A stretch of DNA of 64,000 bases from an uncultured Gemmatimonadales bacterium (GTDB taxonomy: Bacteria; Gemmatimonadota; Gemmatimonadetes; Longimicrobiales; RSA9), in the NCBI GenBank assembly GCA_963798845.1, contig CAWCUS010000001.1, positions 448,001 through 512,000 on the forward strand. Direction: 5' to 3'. The translations under genes were made by a program, and so were the position numbers. Under the pieces are notes generated by a model. That model saw only the letters and a program-made list of their open reading frames with translations. It was not told the DNA's origin and did no database searches. This document shows, in pieces, positions 63,001 to 64,000 of the stretch. How positions within the stretch are numbered: position 1 is the first letter of the stretch; every line of letters begins with the position of its first letter.

Positions 63001-63599
63001 GGGACGGGCTCGATGGGGATGAGGACCCGGCTGTTCTGCCATTCGAGGACCACGCCGGGCGGCGCGGCCCGGAGCGTCAGCTGCTCGACGGCCGGCTCGA
63101 TGCGGCCGGCCTGTACGTCGGCCCGGCCCACTTCCTGTGCGCGGACCTCCGGCGTGTAGTTGGACTCGTGCCCCCACTGCGACGTGGAGCGGTTGACGAT
63201 CAGCGTCCAGTGGTCGCCCTGATGGGGCACGGTGTAGATCGAGTAGGCGCCCGGCTCGATCTCCATCCCGGCGATGCGGACCGGGACGGTCACGTGCAGC
63301 GTGGTGGGCTCGTTGGCGCCGGTGCGCCAGAGCGTGTCATAGGGCACGGACTGGCCACCGATCATCAGTCGCCCGCGGAGCGAGGGGCGGCCGTAGCAGA
63401 TCTTGGCCTTGCCGTCGCCCACGTCGAAGGTGATCGAGTCGAACGGGCTGGGTCGCCCCTCCAGCGGCATGCGGTCCGAGGGCTCACAGGCGGGCAGGAG
63501 GCCGACCTGCTGCGACGTGTCGTTGGAATTCTCTCCGCCGGCGTTCCCGCACGCCACGGAGGACAGGGTGATCAGCACGGCCCACATGCTCTTCGACAT
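62997..63599 (-). CDS. DUF2911 family lipoprotein
   Basis: Lipobox SVAC; YGRPSLRGR, VPYDTLWRTGANEPT, QWG. Confidence 0.88.
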   Translation of the reverse strand: MSKSMWAVLITLSSVACGNAGGENSNDTSQQVGLLPACEPSDRMPLEGRPSPFDSITFDVGDGKAKICYGRPSLRGRLMIGGQSVPYDTLWRTGANEPTTLHVTVPVRIAGMEIEPGAYSIYTVPHQGDHWTLIVNRSTSQWGHESNYTPEVRAQEVGRADVQAGRIEPAVEQLTLRAAPPGVVLEWQNSRVLIPIEPVP

Positions 63600-63612
63600 C
63601 GGCCCTCCTCCA

Positions 63613-64000
63613 TCATCCACGGTAGTACGTCAGACCCATGGCGCCCCGCACCGTGGCCATGGTGTCACTCGCGACCGCGCGCATCCGCGCGTTGCCGGCG
63701 TGCAGGATGTCCTCGACCATCCCCTCCCGCGCTGCAAGCTCTCGTCGCCGCTCGCGGATCGGGTCGAGGAAGGCATTCAGTGCGCGAGCCAGCTTCCGCT
63801 TCACTTCCACGTCCCCCACCCTGCCCTCGCGGTAGCGGGCCTTGAGGTCGTCCACCTCCGCCACGTCCGGGTTGAAGAGGTCATGGTAGATGAACACCGG
63901 GTTGCCCTCCACCGTGCCCGGGATGTCCGCGCGCACCCGCTTCGGGTCCGTGAACATCTTCATCACCTGCGCGTTCACGGTCTGCTCGTCATCCGAGAGC
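63613..64000 (-). CDS. trpS: tryptophanyl-tRNA synthetase (5' end beyond window)
   Basis: MFTDP...PGTVEGNPVF...GRVGDVEVK...PIRERR. Confidence 0.9.
   Translation of the reverse strand, partial: LSDDEQTVNAQVMKMFTDPKRVRADIPGTVEGNPVFIYHDLFNPDVAEVDDLKARYREGRVGDVEVKRKLARALNAFLDPIRERRRELAAREGMVEDILHAGNARMRAVASDTMATVRGAMGLTYYRG

Overview
High-GC (about 70% by eye) bacterial chromosomal segment. Gene content and protein style suggest Gemmatimonadota (inference). It is mostly housekeeping: def, yajC, tgt, queA, ruvB, lepB, ruvA, ruvC, yebC, rpsU, a DEAD-box helicase, ligC, cspA, fusA2, ddl, cbs, mutS, sucA and partial trpS. Accessory blocks are an LpoB/COG3014 lipoprotein operon, a 4Fe-4S membrane protein-CtaG operon, a divergent stress/holin-like triad with sigma54-type promoters, secreted metalloproteases, and an ECF sigma/anti-sigma/TonB operon. 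It also holds a mutagenesis cassette (imuA-imuB ... dnaE2-radical SAM) that is split by a 3.7 kb insert. The best candidate for something new is a direct-repeat motif, TTCGG-N6-TTCGG, which I found four times. Three copies overlap predicted sigma70 promoters of imuA and dnaE2 and one lies just upstream of ruvB, so it may be an undescribed SOS/DNA-damage operator. Also notable are arrays of hairpins punctuated by TCGA (15.3-16.0 kb and 37.8-38.2 kb), a 284-bp MITE-like element, and a PPP-containing upstream ORF before yebC. The frameshifts in dnaE2 and the radical SAM gene look like single-base losses in short runs and may be assembly errors. No CRISPR array, rRNA, canonical tRNA or transposase was found.
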